DNA from: an uncultured delta proteobacterium
GTDB lineage: Bacteria > Myxococcota_A > Polyangia > Fen-1088
Length of the DNA: 64,000 nt
NCBI GenBank assembly: GCA_963767925.1
Contig: CAVYGB010000008.1
Span: 2,752,001-2,816,000, forward strand
Direction: 5' to 3'
In this document: positions 47,816 through 56,950 of the stretch, one piece after another
How the letters are laid out: each line of letters starts with the position of its first letter
Position numbering within the stretch: position 1 is the stretch's first letter
The notes under the pieces: model-generated
The model's database searches: none
Told to the model about the DNA's origin: nothing
The model's input: only the letters and a program-made list of their open reading frames with translations
Translations under genes and position numbers: made by a program

Positions 47816-48421
47816 TCAGTTGCACTCGGCGGCGCCGAGCTCGCCCGAGCCGTGCTCGCAGGTGTGCTCGCGTTCGCCAGCGCTCACGGTGGGGACGCTC
47901 ATGCAGAAGGTGGTGAAGCAGGTGCGGGCCGGGGCGCTGAACGCCCCGCAGGCGGTCAAGCAGGCGGCGCGGTTGGCCCAGGGATAGCTGACCATGCGGC
48001 AGTTCTGCTCCATGCAGGTGCAGTAGGCCTCGCAGGGGCTGGCCAGCGCGTCGGGGGGCGTGGGGGCCGCGTCCGGGGTGGGCGGGCTTGTGTCGGGCGC
48101 GCCGTCGGGGGCAACCGCGCTGTCCGGCGTGACGGTGGGGCCATCGGTCGCGCCGCTGGTGGCGGCATCGGGCGCCGGCGCGCCGGCGGCGCCGGCGTCG
48201 GGGATCGCAGCGTCCCCGGTGGCCGAGGCGTCGGAGGCCCCGCCGTGACCGTGGTGGGGCGCGAGGCACTTGCCCGTCTCCCGGCCGTGTTTGTCGCAGG
48301 TCAGGCCGCTGGCGCACTCGCTGTCCTCGGTGCAGCCCTCCCCCTCCCCTTTCTTCTCACAGCTCGCGATAACGAGCAGCAGCGGGACGAGGTAGAGGGA
48401 CGCGCGCAGGGACTTGCACAT
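47816..48421 (-). CDS. Cys/His-rich lipoprotein
   Basis: VIASC lipobox, two Cys-rich modules separated by a PDA linker; AAGGAG Shine-Dalgarno. Confidence 0.75.
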   Translation of the reverse strand: MCKSLRASLYLVPLLLVIASCEKKGEGEGCTEDSECASGLTCDKHGRETGKCLAPHHGHGGASDASATGDAAIPDAGAAGAPAPDAATSGATDGPTVTPDSAVAPDGAPDTSPPTPDAAPTPPDALASPCEAYCTCMEQNCRMVSYPWANRAACLTACGAFSAPARTCFTTFCMSVPTVSAGEREHTCEHGSGELGAAECN

Positions 48422-48594
48422 GACGGCCGGCTCCTTTGGGGCGGTGGGGACGACGACGGGTCGGTCGAGGGCGTAGAGCCTCCTACGATTTCCGACCCGC
48501 CACCACACAGAAACCGCAAATCATCGCGGGCCCTGCCGAATCGCGGCGCAGCATCGCGGGCCGCCGCCGCCGCCGCCCTTCCGGTCACTTCCGG

Positions 48595-50301
48595 TCAGGG
48601 CGCGCGTGCCGCTCCGGCAGGCCGGGCCGGGGGGACCTCGTGCGCGATCTGCCCGCCGATGACGGTCATGGTGCAGCTCGACCGGAGCAGGTCGGCCGCG
48701 GGCACGGTCATGATGTCGGTCGCGAACACCGTGAGGTCGGCCAGCTTGCCGGCCTCGATCGATCCCCGGCGATCCTCCTCGAAGGCGGCGAAGGCCGCCC
48801 CCCGGGTGAACAGGCCGAGCGCCTGCTCGCGCGAGACCGCTTGCTCGAGGTGCCACCCCTCCCCGCTGCCGCCCCGCAGATCCTTGCGCGTGACGGCGGC
48901 GTAGAGCTCGATGAGGGGCTCGCCCCGTTCCACCGGCGCGTCGGAACCTCCGGCGAGGACCGCCCCGGCGCGCAGCAGGCGCTGCCAGGCGTAGGCCCCT
49001 TCGAGCCGGGCCAGGCCCAGGCGGCGGGGGGCGAAGTGCAGGTCGGAGATGGCGTGCGAGGGCTGCATCGAGGCGATGACCTGCAGGCGGGCGAAGCGGG
49101 GGATGTCCTCGTCGCGGAGGATCTGGGCGTGCTCGACCCGCCAGCGCGGCGCCGCCACCGCCCGCTGGGCGGGCGGGACCGCCGCGAAGGCCTGCTGGTA
49201 GAGGTCGAGGATCACCTGGTTGGCCCGGTCCCCGATGGCGTGGACCTCGAGCTGGATGCCCCGGCGCAGGGCCTTCTCGAACAGGGGCTTCAGCACCTCC
49301 TCCTTCTGGGTCAGCAGGCCCACTCCCCCGGCGTCGGCGTAGGGCGCCAGCAAGGCGGCGCCGCGCGAGCCGAGGGCCCCGTCGATCGACACCTTGATGG
49401 TCCGCACCGTCAGCCGGCCCCCGAGCTCGCCGACGCTGGGCCCCCGATCGAGGAGAAGATCGGCGTCGCGGCCGGGACCGCGGATGGCGGCGTAGACCCG
49501 CAGCGCGAGCTTCTTTTCCCGGTACAGCCGGCGGAGCTGCTCCACCTCCGCCCAGGAGTTGCCCGCGATCTGGGCCTGGGTCCAGCCCAGGCTGATCAGG
49601 CGGCGGGCCCCAACCAGCAAGGCCTCGGTCTCCTCCTCGGGGGTGGGCGGCGGCACCAGCCGGGTGACCAGCGCCTGGGCGGCGTCCACCAGCATGCCGG
49701 TGGGCGCGCCGCTCTTGCCGTCCTTGACGATCTCGCCCCCGAACGGGCTGGCGCTGGCCGCGGTGATCCCGGCCCGGGCCAGGGCGGCGCTGCTGGCCAC
49801 CCCGGCGTGGCCGTCGGCGCGCGTGATGTAGACCGGGTTGCGGGGCGCCACCTTGTCGAGGTCGGCGCGGGTGGGAAACACGGGGGGCGTCCAGAAGGTC
49901 TCGATCCAGCCCCGCCCGGTGACCCACTGACCGGGACGGGCGCGCGCCACCCGGGTCCGGACCCGCTCGAGCAGCTCGGCCAGGCTGCGGGTCCCCTCGA
50001 GATCGAGGGACAGCTCCCGCTGCCCCACCCCGGCCAGGTGCACATGCGCGTCCGCCAGCCCCGGCACCATCGTCTGCCCGGCCAGATCGACGACCCGCGT
50101 GCCGGCCCTCGCGAACGAGCGGGCGTCCTGGCTCGAGCCCACGAACACGATGCGGTCGCCCTGCACCGCCACCGCCTCGGCCCGTGGCTGCCGGGGGTTG
50201 CCGGTGTAGACCTTGCCGTTCGTGAACAGGACGTCGGCGGGGGCCCGACCGTTCATCCCCAGGACCACGGACAGGCTGAAAAGGCCGATAAGAGGTCTCA
50301 T
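48595..50301 (-). CDS. Secreted amidohydrolase family 3 (YtcJ-like)
   Basis: PGLADAHVH, DGALGSRGAAL, HAIGDRAN, RVEHAQ, GSDAPV, GKLADL. Confidence 0.92.
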   Translation of the reverse strand: MRPLIGLFSLSVVLGMNGRAPADVLFTNGKVYTGNPRQPRAEAVAVQGDRIVFVGSSQDARSFARAGTRVVDLAGQTMVPGLADAHVHLAGVGQRELSLDLEGTRSLAELLERVRTRVARARPGQWVTGRGWIETFWTPPVFPTRADLDKVAPRNPVYITRADGHAGVASSAALARAGITAASASPFGGEIVKDGKSGAPTGMLVDAAQALVTRLVPPPTPEEETEALLVGARRLISLGWTQAQIAGNSWAEVEQLRRLYREKKLALRVYAAIRGPGRDADLLLDRGPSVGELGGRLTVRTIKVSIDGALGSRGAALLAPYADAGGVGLLTQKEEVLKPLFEKALRRGIQLEVHAIGDRANQVILDLYQQAFAAVPPAQRAVAAPRWRVEHAQILRDEDIPRFARLQVIASMQPSHAISDLHFAPRRLGLARLEGAYAWQRLLRAGAVLAGGSDAPVERGEPLIELYAAVTRKDLRGGSGEGWHLEQAVSREQALGLFTRGAAFAAFEEDRRGSIEAGKLADLTVFATDIMTVPAADLLRSSCTMTVIGGQIAHEVPPARPAGAARAP

Positions 50302-50370
50302 GGCGGCCGGATTAGAGCACGACTTCCGCCCGCCGGGAGGCGCCTGCCGATCGGGACAGACCGCCGGGGC

Positions 50371-52023
50371 TCAGCGGGAAAAGGCGGTCAGAAAATCGAT
50401 GAGGAAGCTGTCCATGCCCGGGGTGGGTTGGGGGCGGGCCGGCTCCATGTTGCGGCTGTAGCCGCGCGCGCGGAAGGGCTCGACGAGGGCCCCCTGCCGG
50501 CTGATTACATGGATGGGCACCGCCGGCGACGGGCTGTTGCGGGTCACGTCCCCGATCGGCTGGTGATCCCCCAGCACGATCGCCAGAGAATCGCCGGTGT
50601 CGAAGCGGGTCAGGTACTCCACGATCACCCGCAGATTGTAGGAGATGGAGCGCAGGTAGGCCGGCGAGGCTTCGCGCAGGTTGCTCCAGGTGACGGGAAA
50701 GACAACGGGCGCGTGCCGGGCGAACAGGCTGCCGTCGCCCATCTGCCAGTCGTCGATGAAGGGGGGCTGGCGGTCCCAGGGCGCGTGGCTGGTGACGAAA
50801 ACGTATTCGACGAACAGTGGCGCCGAGGGGCGCTGCAGCTCCTGGCGGTGGATGAAGTCGACGACGTACTGGTCGGGCATGGAGTCGAGCACGTAGAGCG
50901 GCCCGCGGTAGCCCAGGTCCCAGGAGGAGTAGACCTTCTCGAACTCGTACAGCCAGCGGTACAGGCCCCGGTGGACGTTCCCCGGCATCACCAGCACCGT
51001 GCGGTAGCCGGCCTTCTGGAAGAAGCCGGCCATGGTCGGCGGGCGCAGGGCCTGCACGAGGTCGTCGGCGACGATGTCGCCGGCGCGGATCCCGGTGGCG
51101 AGGGCCTGGTGGGCGAGCTGCGACCGCCCGCCGTAGGTGGGCGAATCGAGCAGGCTGGAGGCCACCTGGAAGCCCTGCCCGGCCAGCAGGCTGTCGATCT
51201 GCTGGTAGACCGGGAGCATCCCGGCCCGATGATCCGGCTCGTCGATCACGGTGGCCCCGTACGACTCGATGAAAAACAGCAGGACGTTGCTGCGGCCGAG
51301 CTTCTGCAGCCCGCCCGGCGTGGCCCGCACCCGGTCGGCGGCGGCGCGGATGCGGGCCGCCTCGGCCTGGCGCACCTCCTCGAGCCGGGTGATCCGTCCG
51401 ACCTCCTCGATCAGCCGGGGCACCAGGCTGGGGGCAAAGGCGCCCTGGCGCATCCCGCGCCCGCTGTCGGCGGGCAGCAGCGGCGACAGCAAGAGCGCCG
51501 CGGTCACGAGGCCGGCGAAGAGCGCCCGGCTCCGGGTCGCGTCGAAGGCGCGCTCGGCGGCGCGGACCGACCAGGCGGCCAGGGCGGTGAAGCCGAAGGC
51601 ACAGCCGGCCAGGAGGGTCAGGCTGATCACGAGGATCGGCCAGGCCACCGTCGTCTGCAGCAGGTGGACCATCGCCCAGGCGGTCGGCATGTCGAGGCCG
51701 AGGTCGATCGGCCGGTTGAAGTAGCGCCAGACGATCCCGTCGGCCACCCGGAACGCCCGCAGGATCAGCACGAGCGCCGCCAGCACGGCCACCACCCAGC
51801 CCGGGATCCGGTAGCCCCGCCAGGCGAACAGGGCGATCACCGCGAACAGCACGGTGGCGTCGATGGCCGGCAGGAAGTACAGGCCCACCGGCTCGAGGGC
51901 CGGATAACGCACGTTGAGGAGCAGGCTGAGCAACGCCCAGGCGACAAGCAGCAACACCGTTGGTCCCGAGCGGGAGGACGGCGCCGGCGGGCCGGTGGGC
52001 GCGGTGGGGCGCGCGGCGGTCAT
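50371..52023 (-). CDS. Membrane-anchored sulfatase/alkaline-phosphatase-superfamily protein (copy A)
   Basis: About 5 TMs then FFIESYG, SPTYGGRSQLAH, MPDQY, SHAPW, GDHQP, VPIHVIS. Confidence 0.82.
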   Translation of the reverse strand: MTAARPTAPTGPPAPSSRSGPTVLLLVAWALLSLLLNVRYPALEPVGLYFLPAIDATVLFAVIALFAWRGYRIPGWVVAVLAALVLILRAFRVADGIVWRYFNRPIDLGLDMPTAWAMVHLLQTTVAWPILVISLTLLAGCAFGFTALAAWSVRAAERAFDATRSRALFAGLVTAALLLSPLLPADSGRGMRQGAFAPSLVPRLIEEVGRITRLEEVRQAEAARIRAAADRVRATPGGLQKLGRSNVLLFFIESYGATVIDEPDHRAGMLPVYQQIDSLLAGQGFQVASSLLDSPTYGGRSQLAHQALATGIRAGDIVADDLVQALRPPTMAGFFQKAGYRTVLVMPGNVHRGLYRWLYEFEKVYSSWDLGYRGPLYVLDSMPDQYVVDFIHRQELQRPSAPLFVEYVFVTSHAPWDRQPPFIDDWQMGDGSLFARHAPVVFPVTWSNLREASPAYLRSISYNLRVIVEYLTRFDTGDSLAIVLGDHQPIGDVTRNSPSPAVPIHVISRQGALVEPFRARGYSRNMEPARPQPTPGMDSFLIDFLTAFSR

Positions 52024-53033
52024 CCCGGGCCCTTCGCCGGAGGCGGGGGCACCAGCCGGGGCTGGCCGCCCGACACCAGGTAGACGAGGCCACCCACCAG
52101 GCCCAGCACCACCGAGACGCCGACGATGAGGACGGAGATGGTCAAGGCGCTGGCCGCGGGCACGCCGGCTTGCCCGAGCAGCTCGACCAGCGCGACGTCC
52201 CGCACGCCGATGCCGGAGATCGAGACCGGGATGTACGAGGCGGCGAGCATGACCGGCACGATCGCCAGGAGCACCGACCAGGGGACGGCGATCTCGGCGG
52301 CCCAGGCGATGAGCGCGACGTCGAGCACCACAACGAGGTGGACCGCGCAGGCCAGCAGCAGCACCCGGAAGCGCGGCCCCACCGCGCGCGCCTCCGTGAT
52401 CCGGCCGGTCAACACCCGGCGCAGGCGCTGGCCGCCCAGGCGGGCGACCAGGCGGGCGAAGTAGTCGGGAGACGCGACGACGATCAAGGCGGGCACGCCC
52501 AGCAGCAGACAGCCCCAGGCGATGGCGGGCGCGACGGGCAAGCTGCTCGCCGTGGTGAGGGCCAGCGCCGCGCTGGCGAGCAACACCAGCGCCGCGAAGG
52601 CGATCACCCGGTCGAGCAGCAACGACCAGAACACGCGCGCCGGATCCGAGAGGCGGGCGGCCCAGACGCCGCGGAGGGCGTCGCCAACCACGCTCGCTGG
52701 CAGGAAGGTGTTGAAGAACAGACCCGCCCAGTTCAGGCGCACGGCCTCGCCGAGCGGAAACGAAGCGCCCAGCGCGCCGAGCACGAGCTGCCACCGCACC
52801 GCCACCAGCGTCACGTTGACGGCGCCGACCAGCGTCGCGGCCACCAGCCAGATGTTCAAGCTGCCCTCGAGCTTGCCCGCCAGCTCGCCGAGCTCGATGC
52901 GCGAGAGCAGCCAGCCGACGAGCGCGCAGGTGATAAGCAGCTTGACGCTGAGCGTAAGCAGGCGCGACCCGAGCCCGCGCCGGGTCGCGAGCGGGGTCGA
53001 CGGAGGCGCAATCGCTTCATTCGGGACGGACAA
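52020..53033 (-). CDS. Lysylphosphatidylglycerol-synthase TM domain (UPF0104/flippase-like) protein
   Basis: RWQ.VL, FFNTFLPASVVGDALR, LLDR, P.SISGIGVRD. Confidence 0.85.
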   Translation of the reverse strand: MSVPNEAIAPPSTPLATRRGLGSRLLTLSVKLLITCALVGWLLSRIELGELAGKLEGSLNIWLVAATLVGAVNVTLVAVRWQLVLGALGASFPLGEAVRLNWAGLFFNTFLPASVVGDALRGVWAARLSDPARVFWSLLLDRVIAFAALVLLASAALALTTASSLPVAPAIAWGCLLLGVPALIVVASPDYFARLVARLGGQRLRRVLTGRITEARAVGPRFRVLLLACAVHLVVVLDVALIAWAAEIAVPWSVLLAIVPVMLAASYIPVSISGIGVRDVALVELLGQAGVPAASALTISVLIVGVSVVLGLVGGLVYLVSGGQPRLVPPPPAKGPG

Positions 53034-53221
53034 GGCAGCGTCTCTGGTACAGCATTCCGGACGTGCAGTCAGTCGATTTGTGTCCAGCGCGTGTCCACCC
53101 GGTGGACGCGATGCACTGCCGCGAGTGGTATAGGAGCAGTTCTCTTCAGCGGTGACCCGAGGGTCGCGCGCCCGGCGGGCCCGCGCATCTTCGCCGGAGC
53201 CTCCGCTTCATATGGGCTAGC

Positions 53222-55012
53222 ATGCGAAATCTTTTGATCGAGGGCAGACGTTTGTCAGCGAAGTTCTCCGGTCTCTTGCGACGGTTCACGTTCCCGGCGT
53301 CCCTCTCATCCAGCGCGCGGATGATCGGCTCGACGCTCCTCTTCCTGGCCATCTGGGCCGCGCTCAACGCCACCTTCGGCAACCGCTATCCGGCCCGGCC
53401 TCTGGAGAAGGGGCTGTATTTTTTGCTCCCCTCGGTCGACGTCTGCATCGTCCTCATGGTGCTCACGTTGCTGGGGTGGTGGCGCCGCCGCCTCATGTTC
53501 GGGGCCCTGCTGGGGCTGGCGGCCTTCGCCACCTTCGTGCGCCTCTACCGGCTCTCCGACGGCATCATCCACAAGAACTACTTTCGCGAGCTGCGGCTGT
53601 ACCTCGATGTGCCGATGGTGCCCGAGCTGTGGCGGCTGCTGCGCTCGACCGAGCCGATGCCGCTGCTGCTGGGCGGGGTGGTGCTGCTGGCGGTCTTGCT
53701 GTCGGGCATGATCCTGCTGACCTACGGCGCGCTCGCCTACCAGCAGGCCTATCTGGCCCGGGGCTGGCGGCAGCGGGGCGTGTTCCTGGTGGTGCTGGCC
53801 CTCTTCGTCGGGCTGTCCCCGCTGTTCCCCGCCGGCGGCGAGGCGGTGGACGTGCGCCACGGCCTGTTCACCCGCAGCCTGGCCATCAAGGGGGTGGAGC
53901 AATACCGGGACGTCACCTCGGCCGCCACCTTCCGGCGGGCCAAGATGATCGAGATCCGGACGGTGCAGGATCACCTCCAGGCCGTCCCCTCCGATCTCGC
54001 GCTGCTCAAGAAGTCCGACTTCCTCCTGTTCCTGGTGGAGTCTTACGGCAGCGCCGTCTTCCGCCAGCGGGCCATGGCCGGGACCGGGTGCCCCAACCTA
54101 GAGGAGTTCTCGGGCTCGCTGAGCGCCAAGGGCTACCACATGGCCTCGAAGTACATCCTCTCGACCACTTACGGCGGCGGCTCCTGGTTCGCCCACTCCA
54201 CCCTGCGCACGGGGGTGGCCATCCGCGACGCGCTCGAGTTCGCCCTCATCTTGCACCGCAAGCCGGCCCCCACCACCATGGCCGAGCTGTTCAAGCAGGC
54301 CGGCTACCGCACGGTGCTGGTCCAGCCCGGCACCACCCGCCCCTGGCCCGAGGGGCTCGTGCACGGGTTCGAGCAGCGCTACTACTCGTTCCACCTCGAC
54401 TACGAGGGGCCCACCTTCGGCTGGGCCACCATGCCGGATCAATACGTGATGCACGTGATCCACAACAAGGAGATGGAGCGGGCCCGCGGTCCCCTGTTCG
54501 TCGAATACGCCCTCGTCTCCTCCCATGCCCCCTGGACGCCGGTCCCGGTGGCGGTCGACGACTGGTCCAAGCTCGACAAGGGCCGCATCTTCAAGAACTC
54601 GCCCGGCGTCCGCTTTCCCGTGAGCTGGACCAACATGGAGGAGGGGGCGGTCGCCTACGCCTATTCGCTCTGTTACGACTTCGACGTGATGAGGCGGTAC
54701 ATCAGCGAGCGGATCACCCGGGACTCCTTCGTGGTCATCCTCGGCGACCATCAGCCCTCGGGCGCCATCACCTACGATGACCCCTCCTGGGCGGTCCCCC
54801 TGCACGTCATCAGCCGCGATCGCGAGCTCATCGAACGGTTCGTCGGCGCCGGCTACACGCCCGGCATGGTCCCGGGCGGGAGCGCCGACAGCTTGTCGAT
54901 GAAGGGGCTGCAGACGATGCTGATCGAGTTTCTCACCCTGCTCTCGACGCCGGGGCCCTCGACCGCCCTCGACGCGGGCGCCGACCCGAAGGCGGCGGGC
55001 CACGATCCCTGA
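53222..55012 (+). CDS. Membrane-anchored sulfatase/alkaline-phosphatase-superfamily protein (copy B; start uncertain)
   Basis: FLVESYG, STTYGGGSWFAH, MPDQY, SSHAPW, GDHQP, VPLHVIS. Confidence 0.82.
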   Translation: MRNLLIEGRRLSAKFSGLLRRFTFPASLSSSARMIGSTLLFLAIWAALNATFGNRYPARPLEKGLYFLLPSVDVCIVLMVLTLLGWWRRRLMFGALLGLAAFATFVRLYRLSDGIIHKNYFRELRLYLDVPMVPELWRLLRSTEPMPLLLGGVVLLAVLLSGMILLTYGALAYQQAYLARGWRQRGVFLVVLALFVGLSPLFPAGGEAVDVRHGLFTRSLAIKGVEQYRDVTSAATFRRAKMIEIRTVQDHLQAVPSDLALLKKSDFLLFLVESYGSAVFRQRAMAGTGCPNLEEFSGSLSAKGYHMASKYILSTTYGGGSWFAHSTLRTGVAIRDALEFALILHRKPAPTTMAELFKQAGYRTVLVQPGTTRPWPEGLVHGFEQRYYSFHLDYEGPTFGWATMPDQYVMHVIHNKEMERARGPLFVEYALVSSHAPWTPVPVAVDDWSKLDKGRIFKNSPGVRFPVSWTNMEEGAVAYAYSLCYDFDVMRRYISERITRDSFVVILGDHQPSGAITYDDPSWAVPLHVISRDRELIERFVGAGYTPGMVPGGSADSLSMKGLQTMLIEFLTLLSTPGPSTALDAGADPKAAGHDP

Positions 55013-55105
55013 TCCCCCCGCTCGGCGCGGCGGCGGCGGCGCAGCGGCGGGTCGCCGTGGGTTCCGTCTGGACGGACGGGCCCGCGGGTCTGCATGATGG
55101 CGCCC

Positions 55106-55888
55106 ATGCCGCTCGGCAACAACATCGTCCCGCGGGTCTGGGGCGTCACGCGATCGCTGCTCATGTATTACGGCGTGCCGGGCAAGCACCGCCGGATGCT
55201 CCGCTTTTACCGCCAGTTCCTGCAGCCCGGTGAGCTCGGCTTCGATCTGGGGGCCCACGTTGGCAACCGGATCCGCGTCTGGCGGCAGCTCGGCGCGCGG
55301 GTGCTGGCGGTGGAGCCGCAGCCGGACTGCCTGCGCGTCCTGCGGTTCCTCTACGGGAAGGACAGCGCCGTCACCATCACCCCGGTCGCGGTGGGCGCCG
55401 CCAAGGGCCGGGCCAAGCTGGCCATCTCGTCCGCCACCCCCACCGTCTCGACCCTGTCGAAGGACTGGATGGCCGCGGTGGCCTCCGCGCCGGCCGGGCT
55501 GCTGCCGGTGCGCTGGGACGATTCCCTCGAGGTCGAGGTCACCACCCTCGACAGCCTCATCGCCGCCCACGGTGAGCCCGCCTTCTGCAAGATCGACGTC
55601 GAGGGGTTCGAGGCGGAGGTGCTGGCCGGCCTCTCCTCGCCGGTGCGGGCCCTCTCCTTCGAGTACCTCCCCTTCGATCACGACGGCACCTTGCGCACGC
55701 TCGAGCAGGTGGAGCGGCTGGGGGGCGGGACCTCCGGCTACGAATACAACTACTCGCCGATCGAGACCATGCGTTTCGCGGCGGACACCTGGCTGGATGC
55801 CCGCGGCCTGCAGGGGCTGCTCGATGGGTTCCGGAGCAAGGGCCGCTCGGGCGACGTGTACGCCCGCCGCAAGAGCGGCCCCTCCTAG
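55106..55888 (+). CDS. FkbM family methyltransferase
   Basis: FDLGAHVG, AVEPQ, TTLD.LI, KIDVEGFE.EVL.GL; alternative ATG at 55094. Confidence 0.9.
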   Translation: MPLGNNIVPRVWGVTRSLLMYYGVPGKHRRMLRFYRQFLQPGELGFDLGAHVGNRIRVWRQLGARVLAVEPQPDCLRVLRFLYGKDSAVTITPVAVGAAKGRAKLAISSATPTVSTLSKDWMAAVASAPAGLLPVRWDDSLEVEVTTLDSLIAAHGEPAFCKIDVEGFEAEVLAGLSSPVRALSFEYLPFDHDGTLRTLEQVERLGGGTSGYEYNYSPIETMRFAADTWLDARGLQGLLDGFRSKGRSGDVYARRKSGPS

Positions 55889-55889
55889 C

Positions 55890-56897
55890 TCAGAAGCGAC
55901 CGCGGAGGCCGAGGCCGGCCGGGTGGATCGCCAGCGAGAGGCCCGGGCCGGAGGCCGCCGCGGTCGTGTCGTTGCCGGAGCGCATGAGCAGGATGAGCGC
56001 CGTGGTCAGGCCGGCGGCCCCCACGCCGTAGCCGACGAACTGGAGCATGTTGTACCGCTTGCCCGTCTTCTCGGTGGCGGCGTTGTACTCGCGCTCGACC
56101 TCGGCGAACTTGTTGCCCGCCAGGTACGCGAAGGTGCCGCCGGTGATGAGCCCGGCCACCCCCACCGCGCCGATCACGTAGGCGCCGGTGCGGCTGCCGC
56201 CCGAGGGGGGAGCCCCGGCGCTGACGTCGAACGACGGCGAGAGCTGGGCCTGCCCGGGCGGCTGCATCTGTTGCGGCGGCTGCATCTGTTGCGGCGGCAT
56301 CGGCTGCTGCTGCGGCGGGTAACCCCAGGCCGGAGGGGGACCGCCCTGTCCCGGGGGTGGGTAGCCGGGCGGCGGACCATACGCGCCCGCGGGCGCGCCG
56401 GGCGGCGGGGGCGGCGGGGCCTGCGCCGGGTAGCCGGGCGGCGGCGGCGGCGCGCCGGGGGGCGCCCAGGCCGGCGGCGCGCCAGGCGGGGGGGCACCGG
56501 GCGGCGGGCCACCGGGCGGCGGCGCGCCGGGGGCCGCGGCCTGCTGCCTCTGGGCCTCCAGCTCGCCGAGCAGCGCCCGGAACTCGCGGCGCCTGTTCGC
56601 GTCCAGCTTGGCCTGGGCCAGGCAGTCGCGCAGGTTCTTGACCGCCTCGTCGTTGCGCCCGAGCCGGTAATGGCACCGGCCGATCTCGCACATGTACATG
56701 GGGTTGCGGGTGGAGACGGCCAGGTCGACGTAGCTGGCCAGCGCCTCCTCGTATTTGCCCGCGTAGAACTGGCGGGCCGCCGCCGTCTCGCGCGGATCGG
56801 CCGCCCGCGCCGCCGGCGACGCCGCGACCAGGAGGGCGAGGGCCGCGAGCGCCGGGATGCAGCGATCCAGCTTGGATGTCGAAATACGACGGCTCAT
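55890..56897 (-). CDS. Secreted TPR + Pro/Gln-rich protein with hydrophobic C-terminal domain
   Basis: Signal peptide, TPR-like helices, PPPG/PQQMQP repeats, terminal GRF. Confidence 0.75.
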   Translation of the reverse strand: MSRRISTSKLDRCIPALAALALLVAASPAARAADPRETAAARQFYAGKYEEALASYVDLAVSTRNPMYMCEIGRCHYRLGRNDEAVKNLRDCLAQAKLDANRRREFRALLGELEAQRQQAAAPGAPPPGGPPPGAPPPGAPPAWAPPGAPPPPPGYPAQAPPPPPPGAPAGAYGPPPGYPPPGQGGPPPAWGYPPQQQPMPPQQMQPPQQMQPPGQAQLSPSFDVSAGAPPSGGSRTGAYVIGAVGVAGLITGGTFAYLAGNKFAEVEREYNAATEKTGKRYNMLQFVGYGVGAAGLTTALILLMRSGNDTTAAASGPGLSLAIHPAGLGLRGRF

Positions 56898-56950
56898 TGC
56901 GCCGTCTTAGCCCAGGTCTCTCGCGAGAATCAAGAATCTTCGCCTAGTAT

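Noticed and set aside
56257..56540. Short GC-rich tandem repeats (also 33880-34130 and 43980-44290)
   Set aside because: In-frame Pro/Gln/Gly/Ala linkers of secreted proteins
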